NCBI RefSeq assembly: GCF_006345805.1
Contig: NW_021836180.1
Coordinates: 1 to 64,000, forward strand
Direction of reading: 5' to 3'
DNA length: 64,000 nt
Source: Octopus sinensis
Taxonomy: Eukaryota
Of the stretch, positions 1 through 12,716 are shown one piece after another (the stretch's first letter is position 1; each line of letters opens with the position of its first letter). The notes under the pieces are model-generated. The model searched no databases. It was not told the DNA's origin and saw only the letters and a program-made list of their open reading frames with translations. The translations under genes were made by a program, and so were the position numbers.

Positions 1-790
1 TTTTTTCTGCCCATTGGATAACACCAGTAGATCTGACTGAAGGCATGTCCGGTCACTCGCCCATTTATACCTTCTGTAGCTTGGAGTCATCTGCAAAGAT
101 TTTATGTTGCGTGCTTTGATGTCAATTAATGTCATTTAATGTAAGAGAAAATAAGTGGGCCCAGCACAGTGCCTTGCGGACGCCACTACTGACTTTGGCT
201 GGGCTTGATTTACCCCTTCAACTACAACATGTTTAGATCTGTCTGTCAGGAAACACTTAATCCATTTCAGTAACTTTCCAGAGATACACCAATGTTGGAT
301 AGTTTTTTCATAGGATCTTGTGATCGACCCTGTCGAAGGCTTACGAAATCATGTAGATACATCGGTGTTGGAGCCCTCTCCCAAAGCTCTCAAAATGTCC
401 TCAAAGTGATGCAAGGAGCTGCGTAGGCAGTCCTTTCCATTACGGAACCCATGTTAGTTGGGAGATCAGCCGTCTGTTTCTTTCCAGAAATTGGGGTTTA
501 TTTGAGATCTCACCACCCTCTCAAATACCTTATGATATGAGAGGTGAGTGAGATCGGACGGTAATTCACGCAAGGGACTTGTTTCCCTTTTTTGAAAACT
601 GGGACAACAGACTGGGACAGAAGGTTTTTTGGAATATAGCCACACCATTGATTTTCTCCACAGATAGCAAGGGAGATGCAAGTTGGTGTCGACACATACC
701 TCAGACACAACAGGGACCTATCCGGGGCCTACTGCTGAATTGTGTTTTTAATTTCGTTTATCCGCCGCTAAGACATCCAGGGGCCTAAAC
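1..790 (-). mobile_element. Degenerate CR1-clade LINE reverse transcriptase fragment
   Basis: Minus-strand frames give VVPVFKKGKQVPCVNYRPISLTSHII, KVFERVV, HGFRNGKDC, AFDRVDHKILMKKL and IKIFADDSKL, broken by stops and frameshifts. Confidence 0.9.
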
Positions 791-939
791 GTTAATGTCC
801 GTATAGTGTGTTAGGGGTTACATCACTGATACAGCCCAATCGGCCATATCAGGATTGCTGAAACAGAGCATATTGTTTCTGCTACGTATCTCGGCCATGG
901 ATTTGGCATTATTATATTTGGCATATCTAACATTATATA

Positions 940-970
940 TATACATATAATATACATACATATTATATAC

Positions 971-1009
<39 letters not shown>

Positions 1010-1456
1010 CTATAATATATATATATACATAAATATATATACATACATATATATATATATATACATACATATATATATATACATACATATATATATATAT
1101 ATACACATACATATATATATATATACATACATATACATATATATCATACATATATATATATATACATACAATATAATATATACATCCATATATATATATT
1201 ACATACATATAATATATACATATATATATACATACATATATATATATACTATATATATCTACATATATTATATAATATTTAATACATACCATATATATAT
1301 ATACATACATATATACATACATACATATATACATATCATCTATACAATATATATTATCTATACACTATATATTAATATACACATATACATAGATATATAG
1401 ATATATTACATATATATATATACATACACATATACATATATATATATAATATATAC

Positions 1457-1529
<73 letters not shown>

Positions 1530-1653
1530 ATACCTATATATATATACATATAATATATACAAAGCAATAAGGTTTAGCAACGAGTTTCCTTACCACAGTA
1601 CCGAATTTAGAAATAGCAGTCAAAGGGTTATAGCTTTTCTTCTACTATATACA

Positions 1654-1689
<36 letters not shown>

Positions 1690-1749
1690 CACTATACATA
1701 TATATACACATATATATATATATACACATATACATATATATAATATACA

Positions 1750-1789
<40 letters not shown>

Positions 1790-1956
1790 CACATATATAT
1801 ATATATATATACATATATATATACATATATACACATATATATTATACACACATATATATAATACACATATATATATATACACATATATATATATATATAT
1901 ACACATATATATATATATACACATATATATATATACACATATATATATATATACAC

Positions 1957-1989
<33 letters not shown>

Positions 1990-2070
1990 CATATATACAT
2001 ATATATATACATATATATATATATATACATAATACATATATACATATATATATATACATATACATATATA
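940..2070. repeat. Compound (TA)n/(TACA)n microsatellite field
   Basis: Direct inspection; source of the (YI)n pseudo-ORFs. Confidence 0.97.
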
Positions 2071-2474
2071 GGCGCAGGAGTGGCTGCGTGGTAAGTAGCT
2101 TGCTACCCAACCTCATGGTTCCGGGTTCAGTCCCACTGCGTGGCACCTTGGGCAAGTGTCTTCTGCTATAGCCCCGGGCCAACCAATGCCTTGTGAGTGG
2201 ATTTGGTAGACGGAAACTGAAAGAAGCCTGTCATATATATATATATATGTATGTGTGTGTTTGTGTGTCTGTGTTTGTCCCCCTAGCATTGCTTGACAAC
2301 AGATGGTGGTGTGTTTACGTCCCCGTCACTTAGCGGTTCGGCAAAAAGAGACTGATAGAATAAGTACTGGGCTTACAAAGAATAAGTCCCGGGGTCGATT
2401 TGTTCGACTAAAGGTGGTGCTCCAGCATGGCCAGTCAAATGACTGAAACAAGTAAAAGAGTAAAGAGTAAAGAG
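2071..2474 (+). mobile_element. SINE family A: tRNA-derived head, internal (TA)/(TG) microsatellite, CR1-like 3' tail
   Basis: Head GGCGCAGGAGTGGCTGTGTGG with A box and GGTTCAGTCCC B box; tail GGTGCTCCAGCATGGCC-CAGTCAAATGACTG-AAAC then (AAGAGT)n. About 30 full or partial copies in the window, e.g. 3072-3478(-), 4803-5232(+), 8651-9045(+), 9055-9478(-), 14557-14940(+), 20755-21146(+), 21170-21555(-), 22573-22995(+), 23961-24345(+), 33202-33636(+), 35148-35535(+), 44423-44808(-), 46437-46800(+), 47505-47897(+), 52941-53342(+), 53930-54294(-), 57287-57706(-). Confidence 0.92.
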
Positions 2475-2537
2475 TATATATATACATATATATATATATA
2501 CATATATACATATATATACATATATATACATATATAC

Positions 2538-2598
<61 letters not shown>

Positions 2599-2638
2599 CA
2601 TATATATACATATATATATATATATACATATATACAAT

Positions 2639-2672
<34 letters not shown>

Positions 2673-2857
2673 ATATGATAGGATTCTTTCAGTTTCCGTC
2701 TACCAAATCCACTCACAAGGCTTTGGTTGACCAGAGGCTATAGTAGAAGACACTTGCCCAAGGTGCCACTATATTTAATAAATTACTTACAATGCAAAAT
2801 GTAAAAAATCTCGTAATACAGAAATTAAGCTACATCCTAACTTACATATATATATAT

Positions 2858-3040
2858 AACGGGAAGGTTTACGAAACTAAACAAAAGACGTAGGCAGGTG
2901 GAGTACAAACAAACAAATGTATTAGTATGGCACTGAGGAATAGAAATAGAACAAGTCTTTTACGTTTCGAGCCTACACTCTTTGACAGAAAGATACACAG
3001 AAAAAAACAAGGAGAGAAAAAAAAGCGTGTAGGAGCTATG
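2858..3040 (-). mobile_element. Penelope-type pLTR-like repeat fragment carrying a minimal hammerhead fold (copy 1)
   Basis: Clearly homologous to 45715-45901. Its 3' end (minus orientation) abuts (TA)n. Contains the hammerhead-like motif at 2956-2993. Confidence 0.6.
2956..2993 (-). ncRNA. Minimal type I hammerhead-like motif with variant core, probably decayed copy
   Basis: TCTTT-CTGTCAA-A-GAGT(GTAG)GCTC-GAAA-C-GTA-AAAGA. Stem I is TCTTT/AAAGA, stem II is GAGT/GCTC and the site is GUA. G8 is mutated to A. Confidence 0.5.
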
Positions 3041-3904
3041 CACATGTGTGTTTTTATGGGCAATCATATATTTACTCTTTACTCTTTTACTTGTTTCAGT
3101 CATTTGACTGCGGCCATGCTGGAGCACCGCCTTTAGTCGATCAAATCGACCCCGGGACTTATTCTTTGTAAGCCCAGTACTTATTCTATCGGTCTCTTTT
3201 GCCAAACCGCTAAGTGACGGGGACGTAAACATACCAGCATCGGTTGTCAAGCAATGCTAGGGGGACAAACACAGACACACAAACCCACACATATATATAT
3301 ATATATACATATATACGACAGGCTTCTTTCAGTTTCCGTCTACCAAATCCACTCACAAGGCATTGGTCGGCCCGGGGCTATAGCAGAAGACACTTGCCCA
3401 AGATGCCACGCAGTGGGACTGAACCCGGAACCATGTGGTTGGTTAGCAAGTTACTTACCACACAGCCACTCCTGCGCCTACTGTTAAATATTACCTAAAG
3501 GGTTATTCAATATATTGAAATGAAATATTAAATATATTTTCATAAGAACAAAGTTAACTTTCAGATTGAGTTTCACAATGTCTGGCTTCATATAGAAGTG
3601 TGACAGAATCAGCACATGGTGAAACTTTGAAGTCACTGTCAAGTCTTTTCCTTGTAAAAATACACACACACACACACAGATGCACACTGATATATAAATA
3701 TAAAAACATCATAAACAAAAGACAAAAAAAAGACATCCAGAAGAAGATTTAATATATTTTTAATGACATTTAATTCTGAAATGACAGACAAGAGTCCAGT
3801 TTGGACAAAATGGACAGAATTCAGGTTTAAAAGACAAAAAATAGAAATATTGAAAAAAAAAAAACCCAACAAAAACTATAATACAATAATAATGATGATT
3901 GTTT

Positions 3905-6900
3905 CTGATGTAGGCACAAGGCCTGAAGCTTCTTCGAGCGTGTGTGTGTGTGTGTGTGAGGGTCAGGTTGTCAATTACATTGACCTCAGTACTTGAGTGG
4001 TACTTTATTTTAAATCGATGCTGAAATGATGAAAGAAGGCAAAGCTGACCTTGGTAGGATTTGAACTCGGCATGTAAAGAACAAGAAGCAGTACTTCAAA
4101 GAATTTAGTCTGGAGTTTAATAATTGCAACAAGGCCAACAATTTTGGTTGGTGTGGGGCGGGGGCGGAGGGAAGTAAGTCAATTACAATGAATCCCGCCC
4201 CACAAGGGTTCAACCTGGACTTATTATATGGACCCCACAAATGATGAAAGGCAAACAACCTCAGTGGAATTTGAACTAAGAATGTGAAGGCAGATGAAAT
4301 GCTTCTAAACATCCTGCTAGCCTGCTGCCTTAGCTACAATAATAATGGTAATAATAATAATAATAATACTTTCTACTATAGGCACAAGGCCTGAAATTTG
4401 GTGGGAGGGAGTTAGATTACATCAACCCCAGTACTCAAATGGTACTTATTTTATCGATCCCTAAAAGAGTGAAAGGCAAAGTCGACCTCAGCAGAATTTG
4501 AACTCAAAACATAAACACAAATGAAATGTTGCTAAGCATTTTTGCCTTGTGCGCTAACAATTCCGCCAGCTCACCGCCGCCTTATGTCAATACCAATACT
4601 GATTTCAAATTTTGACACAAGGCCAGCAAGTCCAGGGGAAGGGGTAAGTCAATTGCATCGACCCCAGTACTCAACTGGTACTTATTTTATGGACCCCAAA
4701 AGGATGAAAGGTAGAGTGAACCTCAGTACGTAAAGGCATGAAATATTTCTAAGCATTCTGCCAACTTAGCTGCAATAATAATAATTATTTAATAATAACA
4801 TAGGTGTAGGAGTGGCTGTGTGGTAAGTAGCTTGGTTACCAACCAGATGGTTCCGGGTTCAGTCCCACTGCATGGCACCTTGGGCAAGTGTCTTCTACTA
4901 TAGCCTCAGGCCGACCATAGCATTGTGAGTAGATTTGGTAGACGGAAACTGAAAGAAGCCCGTCGTATATATATATATATATATATACATATATATGTCT
5001 ATATATATACATATATATATATGTACATGGGTGTATATGTCTGTGTTTGTCCCCCTAACATCGCTTGATAACCGATGCTGGTGTGTTTACGTTCCCGTAA
5101 CTTAGCGGTTCAGCAAAAGACACCGATAGAATAAGTACTAGGCTTACAAACAATAAGTCCTGGGGTCGATTTGCTTGACTAAAGGCAGTGCTCCAGTATG
5201 GCCACAGTCAAATAACTGAAACAAGTAAAAGAACACTCCTTTCTACTATGGGCACAAAGCCTGAAATTTGTGGAGACAGGGTAAGCCAATCACGTTGACC
5301 CCAGTACTTAATTTATCAACCCTGAAAGGATGAAAGGCAAAGTTGACCTCGGTGGAATTTGAACTCAGAATGTCAAGATGGGCGAAATACCGCTAAGCAT
5401 TTTGTCCAGTCTGCTAACAATTTTGCCAGCTCGCCACTTTAGATGATGATGATGATAATAATAATAATAATAATAATGCTTTCAGAATATGGCACAGGGC
5501 CACGGTTTTTGAGGGGAAAGGGAAGTTGATTGACTAGTACATACTTTAATGAACCGGAAACGATGAAAAGCAAAAGTCGACCTCAGCAGAATTTGAACTC
5601 ACAACATAAAGACAGATGAAATGCTGCCAAACATTTTCGTCCAGAATACTAACAATTCGAAGAGCTCACTGCCATATATAGGCACAAGGCCTTAAATGTT
5701 TGGGCGAGTGGGGGCAAGTTGATTACATTGACCCCACTTGAGACTCCCTTCAGTCATGACTGACCATGGGATTGCACCTAAAAAGTTACCCTCCCAGGCA
5801 TAAGTCTGGGCAAGGTTGTTTATGGAAGACCAGCAATCGTCCATGCATACCACACCCCTCTTTACACCACCAGTGTTATCCAAGAGAAAGGCAGAGGGAC
5901 CAATACAGCTTGGCACCTGTGACATCGCAACTCATTTCTACAGCTGAGTGAACTGGAGCAACATGAAATAAAGTGTCTTGCTCAAGAACACAACACACAA
6001 CCCAGTCCGGGATTTGAATTCACAACCTCACTATCGTAAGCTCGACGCTCTAACCACTGAGCCATGCACCATCACCCCAGTATTTGACTGGTATTATATT
6101 TAATCGACCCTGAAAGGATGAAAGCAAAGCCAATCTCAGTGGAATTTGAACTCAGAATGTAAAGATGGATGAAATGCTGCTAAGCACAAGGCCAGCAATT
6201 TTGAGGAGAGGGGGGTAAGCTGATTATATTGACTAGTACTTTATTTTATCAACCCAGAAAAGCAAAGCTGACCTGCAGAATTTGAACTCAGAACATAAAG
6301 AGCAGCAAAGCTGTTTTCTGATGCCCTGATGTTTCTGCCAGCTTACTGCAGAAACATTATCATTATTAATTACCATTAATGATGATAATAATAATGGTTT
6401 CAAATTTTGGCACAAGGCCAGCAATTTCAGGAAACAGATAAATCGCTTACATCAATCCCAGTACTCAACGGGTACTTATTTCATCGACCCCAAAAGGATG
6501 AATAGCAAAGTCGCCCGCGGCAGAATTTGAACTCAGAATGTGAGGATTGATGAGATGCCACTAAACATTTTGCCTGATGTGCTAACAATTCTGCCAGCTT
6601 GCCTCCTAAATAATGATAATAATAATTCTTTCTACTAAAGGCTTAAGGCCTGAAATTTTAGGGTGGTTGGGAGACCAGTTGATCACATTGACCCTAGTAT
6701 TTCACTGGTACTTAACTTATCGACCCCGAAAGGAAGAATAGCAAAGTCAACCTTGGTGGAATTTGAACTCAAAATGTAGCAATGGGTGAAATACCACTAA
6801 GCATTTCGTCCAGCATTCTAATGATTCTGCCAACTCGCTGCTTTAATAATAATGATAATAATGATGATGACGATGATGATGATCACATTTTTTTGTCACA

Positions 6901-7154
6901 ACTCTGGAAAATCCGTCACTCATAGTCATATGTTTCTTTTATTCTCTTTGTTCTCAACAGATTTGCTCGCATGTAATATTAAATTGCAATATCAAATACA
7001 CACACACACACACACACATACAAACATAGTCTTTATATGTGTCTGGGTACACATTTTATAGATATATACATATATATACATATATATATATATATACATA
7101 TATATATGTATATATATGTATATATATATGTATATATATATATGTATATATATG

Positions 7155-7209
<55 letters not shown>

Positions 7210-7310
7210 GTATATACATATATGTATATATATGTATATACATATATGTATATATATGCATATATATACATATATATATATATGTATATATATGTGTATA
7301 TATATATATG

Positions 7311-7341
<31 letters not shown>

Positions 7342-8035
7342 ACTTACGTATATGATGTGTGTTTTTGTACAAAAACATAGGATTGTCAGGGAGTACGAGG
7401 TGTTTGTGTGTGGTGTTTGTGTATGTGTGTGAGTGTGATGTAGTGTTTCCATGCAAGTATTTGGTAACTAGGGTCACAAAAGCCATATTTCTAACTGGTG
7501 TAAGCTAGAGGAACACTTGCCATCATTAGCATATGCTAAAATAACTTCACACATTCTCAGTGGCGTTTGCTAATATAACTGTTGATAAGCACAACGTTCT
7601 CAATATAAGGATGGCTGCATGCAAACTTATGGGCTGTCTCCAACTTTTGGCACGAGGACAGCAAGTTTGGCGAAGGGGTACTTCTTTTGTCGATCCTGAA
7701 AGGATGAAAGCGTAAATTCAACTTTGGCAGAATTTGAACTTGGAACATAAAGACAGACGAAATGTCACTAAGCATTTCGCCTGGCACACTGATGATCCTG
7801 TCAGCCCACTTACTTAAATATTGGTTTCGAATTTTGGCACAAAGCCTGCAAGTTTGGGGCAGGGGGTAAGTTGATTATATTGACTCCAGCCCTCAAATGG
7901 TACTTATTTTATTGACCCCAAAAGGAGGAAAGTCAAAGTTGACCCCAGAGGAATTTCAACTCAGAATGTAAAGACAAAGTGCTGCTAAGCATTTTTCCTG
8001 GTGTGCTAATGATTCTACCAGCTTGCCACCTTGGC
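3905..8035 (-). mobile_element. Cluster of about 12 co-oriented SINE family B copies (tRNA head, central TTTCATCCTTTCGGGGTCGATAAA domain, (ATT)n tail)
   Basis: Recurring plus-strand motif GGTACTTATTTTATCGACCCCGAAAGGATGAAAGGCAAAGTCGACCTCGGCGGAATTTGAACTCAGAA, separated by (AAT)n. The central domain resembles the Meta/beta SINE domain of Sauria-type SINEs (from recall). Other copies: 13440-13570, 20320-20560(+), 26100-26270(-), 27378-27855, 30420-30640(-), 40560-40975(+), 52150-52310(+), 52465-52692(-). Confidence 0.85.
6996..7345. repeat. (CA)n plus compound (TA)n/(TATG)n microsatellite
   Basis: Direct inspection. Confidence 0.95.
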
Positions 8036-8501
8036 TGTTGTGTATATTGTGCTCAGGTAAACCTAGAGTGAACAAAGCTTTCCAGCCATGAATGTCAGGT
8101 AGGTTTTCTTAATTGCATTATCTAAACAATGTACTTTTGTTGGAGGATAGTGAGGGGCTTATTTGAGGTAAAGCCTACCTAGTTAAACCACAGACTCAAT
8201 CAATGTGAAAATGAATATTTGTATGCACTTTTATGCATGAGTGTGTATGTGTGTAGGGGTATATATGTTTGTGTCCTGAAACAAAATTCCAGAACAGCCA
8301 CATGTTTTAAGTAAATCACAGACAAAGCAATTAGATGTGGAAAGCCTTCCTTTTAAGATTTTTTTTTTTTTTCTGATATATTATTTACAAAAATGGAAAG
8401 CGGAGGGAATTGAGATTTTTCAAATGTTCATTCGTCCTCCATTCACAGAGGACATTTTCGACATCATTGAAGTGTAATGAAATGAAAGGACTGATAATGT
8501 C

Positions 8502-8584
8502 TCAGGAGGGACGCATGTATAAATTTGTACCAGCATTTCGCACCGGGATGCTCATGTTATTCTTTAAATGGACGATTTTCCGAC
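8502..8584 (-). CDS. PKDCC: PKDCC last coding exon (83 nt including TGA)
   Basis: Acceptor ttgttgttttcAG at 8586-8585. GRKIVHLKNNMSIPVRNAGTNLYMRPS-stop parallels human [28 protein letters not shown]. Stop TGA at 8504-8502. Total CDS 1458 nt. Confidence 0.93.
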
Positions 8585-9270
8585 CTGAAAACAACAAAAT
8601 ATCGAAAATGAAGGATGAAACAAATTTACAAAATAAAACGAACTGGTATAGGTGTAAGTGTGGCTGTGAGCTAATAAGTTTTATTTCCAAGCTTACATGG
8701 TCCTGGATTCAGTTCCACTGCATGGCACCTAAGGCAAGTGTCTCCTACTATAACCCCAGATTGACCAGGGCCTAGTAAATAATTTTGGTAGATGGAAACT
8801 GAAGAAGCCGGTCATACATGTGTTTGTGTTTGGTTCCCACCACCACCACCACTTAACAACCAGTGCTGGTTTGTTTATGTCCCCATAAACTTAATGGTTT
8901 AGCAAAAAAAAAAAAAAAAGGATGGATAGATTAAGTATTAGACTTAATCTAAAAGAATTTGTACTGGGGTCAATTTGTTTGATGAAGCTCTTCGAGGCAG
9001 TGCTCCAGCATGACCTGGCCACAGTCCTATCAGTGAAACAAGTAGATGATTACTGTTTTTATTTGTTTCAGTCATTTGACTGTGGCCATGCTGGAGCACC
9101 ACATTTAGTCGAGCAAATCGATTCCAGGACTTATTCTTTGTAAGCCTAGTACTTATTCTATCGGTCTCTTTTGCTGAACCGCTGAGTTACGGGGACGTAA
9201 ACACACGAGCATTGGTTGTCAAGCAATGTTGGGGGGGACAAACACAGGCACAAACATATACACACATGTA

Positions 9271-9313
<43 letters not shown>

Positions 9314-9799
9314 ACAACGGGCTTCATTCAGTTTCTGTCTACCAAATCCACTCACGAGGCTTTCGTCGGCCCAAGGCTTTAGTAGAAGACACTTGCCCAA
9401 GGTGCCACGCAGTGGGACTGAACTCAGAACTATGTGATTGGTAAGCAAGCTATTTACCACACACCCACTCCTACGCCTAGTAATATTCAATCATAAAAAT
9501 ATAATGAGATCTTTTTTTAAATACTGATTGGCTAAGGGGAACAGGGTCCACCCGAATAAAAGCAGAATCAAAGGGGTCCATAAAGAGAAAATGGTTGAAA
9601 AACACTGAAGCAGAGCATTTGTGGAACACTCAATGAATGAAGTTCTCAACTGATTGAGCTTTGCAAGAGAGACAAATAAGGGGGCGATACACACTGTGAG
9701 TGAAGCTGTAGAGAATATCACCAAGATGGCTGAGGGTGTCTTAGCATCCCTCAGTAAGACCATTGCTATCTATTTAAAACTGTAAGTGGCTATAGTACA

Positions 9800-10212
9800 T
9801 CCAACACTTAGAGTTTACATCAGCTGTCTGGAACATGTATCTTACTCAGCATAATCTCCAGGAAATTGTTCAGAAGTGTGCACTGAATCTACCATACACT
9901 GAATGTCTTGTTTTCCTGGATATGAACACAAAGCTCCGACGTCTGGCGACTGACTTGGTAGACACTCACAATGTTACCATCTTTTGAACAACAAACCTTG
10001 GACACCTTTTTGAATTCCATATGTCTAACACTTGTAGACATGCTTACACAATCAAAAAGTAAACACAGCACCCATGACTTTCAGAAGCATTTTTTTACAC
10101 TCAGAATTACTGAAGCATGGAATAAACTACCCAGATCAGTAGTTAACTGTCAGGACACTGCATTCTTCAAAACTTCCAAGCTTCCTGAAATTCACCAACA
10201 GAATACTTGATG
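9800..10212 (+). mobile_element. CR1-clade LINE 3' ORF2 remnant (family 2)
   Basis: HDFQKHFFTLRITEAWNKLPRSVV matches the CR1 C-terminal RK.FFS.RV...WN.LP motif. Homologous to 21689-22060. Confidence 0.8.
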
Positions 10213-10850
10213 TCTGCCCCCACTTTTTTTTTTTTATGACTCTGTCACGGTTCATGCACTTTTGGTTAGTTTTTCTACCTAACCCTAACCCTGAGCAACA
10301 AGTTCATGATTATCTTGTTTTGCTCAACAGCTGATTTTAACCCGTTTTATAGTCGCGTTTTGTTACCGTTTGTGTAACACTACTTTTATATGTTTCTTAT
10401 TTGAAAATAGATAATAAATATATTTTACTTTTGAAGTAGAAATATATATTGATAAACCCATCACTTATAACTTACTTATAAATATTATCATTATACATAA
10501 ATCCTGACTCCAGCTACATAAACTCCACAGTAAGAAACATATACTCTGAAATGCTAACTGACAATTTATGCGTGCATGTATGTTGAAGATAAATAAATCT
10601 GTGTTCTTTTAACCGCTATAAAAAATACACAGTTTCATAATTGCAGAAATGTTTCATTAACAAGTTGAAGAACATGAAGAAAGAGAAAATAATTACTACA
10701 TTAGTTTATTTGTGTACATTTAGCATTTATAGTACAATTGGAAAGCAAAGTCATTTTGTCGTGGAGAATTACGACTTAAAAGTCACACTAGCTAATCCTT
10801 CATACTAACTACTAGAGTTCACAACACCTGCATAAAACATGTAAACTCAC

Positions 10851-11027
10851 CTGTCCATGTAGTCTCTTGTGTCATAACAAATCCGAAACACTCTGGATCA
10901 CTTTCACAGATATCTTCAGCCTCTTTCTGATCGAACACCGTAAAAGTGCAGCTCGTTCCGGATATGGAAGCTCGACATCTGTAGTCATATTTACCAGGCA
11001 AATCGCTTTCAAGATATTCTTTGTAGT
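10851..11027 (-). CDS. PKDCC: PKDCC coding exon 5 (177 nt), cysteine-containing C-terminal domain
   Basis: Acceptor gttttatctAG at 11029-11028. DYKEYLESDLPGKYDYRCRASISGTSCTFTVFDQKEAEDICESDPECFGFVMTQETTWT parallels human [45 protein letters not shown]. Donor G|GTGAGT at 10850, phase 1-1. Confidence 0.95.
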
Positions 11028-11556
11028 CTAGATAAAACAACAAAACATCTTAATACAACAAGTTAATGACAGAGTTTTATGTAGTTGCTCAAACCAACAA
11101 GACATAGCAGCTAAATTTTCCTTATGTTACACCCTAGTGTCTTACAAAATAGGACAACGCAGTTCTAAATTCTCTACATAGAATGGCCATCGCTGGAAAG
11201 TCTGTGATCATATGTCTAATTGTTCAAGACTGACCTGGTATTAAACAACAATCATAGCAAAAACATCAAAAATTATAACAGTTTGAAATAACCAATCACA
11301 AATACAATCACAAATACACTACATAAGATGAACCAATGAGAAAGAAGCTACATGGAGTGCTAAAAATAGCAGTCACATATTCTTCGTGTGTTACTACTGT
11401 CTAGAAAAGAGAAAACTACAGTAGATAATGTGGTTCCTACATTGGAATGTAAAAGAAAAATGAAGACAGGAATTTCTTTCAGTTCTATAATTAAGAGATG
11501 AGGAATTATGTACATTATTTACATTTGATGGATATTTGTCCTCATCTTGTTTGTTG

Positions 11557-11803
11557 CATATGGCGTAGTGGTTAAGAGCGCGGGCTACTAACCGCAAGAT
11601 TCCGAGTTCGATTCCAGGCAGTGACCTGAATAATAATAATAATAATATATTAATAGCATCGAAAAATACCTTAGGAATAAGAACCCAGGTTCGAAATTTC
11701 CCCAAGGCACCTGATGAAGGCTGGAGGGTATATCAGCTGAAATGTTGTATTAACAACAAACAAGATGAGGACATATATCCGTCAAATGTAAATAATGTAA
11801 ATA
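11557..11803 (+). mobile_element. tRNA-head, hammerhead-containing SINE-like element (copy 1), preceded by an inverted copy of its own tail at 11511-11556
   Basis: A box TGGCGTAGTGG, anticodon-like arm GCGGG-CTACTAA-CCGC and B box GTTCGATTCC, then an (AAT)n linker, a hammerhead at 11706-11751 and a tail ending TGTAAATAATGTAAATA. Second copy at 58701-58955. Confidence 0.8.
11706..11751 (+). ncRNA. Minimal type I hammerhead ribozyme motif (Penelope-associated type)
   Basis: GGCAC-CTGATGA-A-GGCTG(GAGGGTATAT)CAGCT-GAAA-T-GTT-GTATT. CUGAUGA and GAAA cores are intact, stem II is 5 bp, stem III is nearly absent and the site is GUU. Confidence 0.7.
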
Positions 11804-12394
11804 AGGAATTTCTTTGATAATAAGTCTAAAGGGTAAAGAGGCAAAATTACCTTCTCAAGTCATACTGACACTTAAGGGCTGGTTTCCCGGTTTCTCAATG
11901 TATATATTTCATCCACCTGGATGGGACGCTAGTCCATCGCAGGATTACTTATTTTCTTCCAGCTGAGTGGACTGGAGCAATGTGAAATGAAGTGTTTTTC
12001 TCAAAAACACAATGCAACATATTGACGATAGGTCTGTTTGATGAGCATTGACTTTATGATAAATGACGACCACAACAACACAACAAAGATAATATAGTAC
12101 TAGATACATTTAGCCTGAGAAAAAAAGTGATGGGATGGCCATAATTTGAACACCTTTGATGACAGGCCTGCTTAAAGAGGGTTAACTTGGGGTTAAGAAA
12201 AATACAATCCTTAACAAAAAGAGCCCTTCGTACATTTTAGGCGCAGGCATAGCTATGTGGTTAAGAAGCTCGCTTTGAAACCATGTGGTTCTGGGTTCAA
12301 TCCCACTGCACAGCACTCTGGGTGAGTGTCTTTAGCTTTAGTCATGGACTAGCCAATGCCTTGTAAGTGAATTTGGTAGATGGAAACCGTGTGA

Positions 12395-12654
12395 CAAGAC
12401 CTTTGGCAATATGTTGTGCTTGAGAAGAAGATCCATCAAATCAAGTGAAATCGTAACCATGGTAGATACTGGTGCCATGCAACTGGTACATAAAAGCACC
12501 CATTACACTCTCAGAGTGGTTGACATTAGGAAAGGCAGCCAGCTGTAGAAACCTACCAAATCAAACTGGAGTCTGGTGCAGCCCCTCAGCTTGCTAGCCC
12601 TGGCCAAACAGTCCAACCCATGCCATCATGGACAATGTACATTAAATGATGATG

Positions 12655-12656
<2 letters not shown>
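12395..12656 (+). mobile_element. 5'-truncated RTE-clade LINE 3' end nested inside a SINE A copy
   Basis: Starts with DLWQYVVLEKKIHQIK-stop (RTE ORF end), then a 3' UTR related to AGGAAGGGCATCCAGC and a (GAT)n tail. Other copies: 13950-14135, 16745-17000(-), 17080-17265, 19890-20165, 30040-30410, 34170-34450, 36960-37095, 41635-42246, 43995-44170(-), 45325-45660(-). Confidence 0.8.

Positions 12657-12716
<60 letters not shown>

Noticed and set aside
823-2716. Many long ORFs rich in Y, I, M, C and V (also near 7000-7480 and 49000-49540)
   Set aside because: These are translations of (TA)n/(TACA)n microsatellites, which lack stop codons. No domain content or splice support.
3244-3498. Recurrent ORF MSSNARGTNTD...[41 protein letters not shown] seen in many places
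   Set aside because: Antisense translation of young SINE A copies. It recurs because the SINE recurs, not because it is a gene family.
10277-10292. CCTAACCCTAACCCT telomere-like repeat
   Set aside because: Only about two and a half units, too short for an interstitial telomere.
11557-11632. Possible real tRNA gene (apparent anticodon ACT); likewise the SINE A, B and C heads
   Set aside because: The acceptor stem is not properly paired, the anticodon is atypical, and the head is always attached to the same downstream body. These are tRNA-derived SINE heads.
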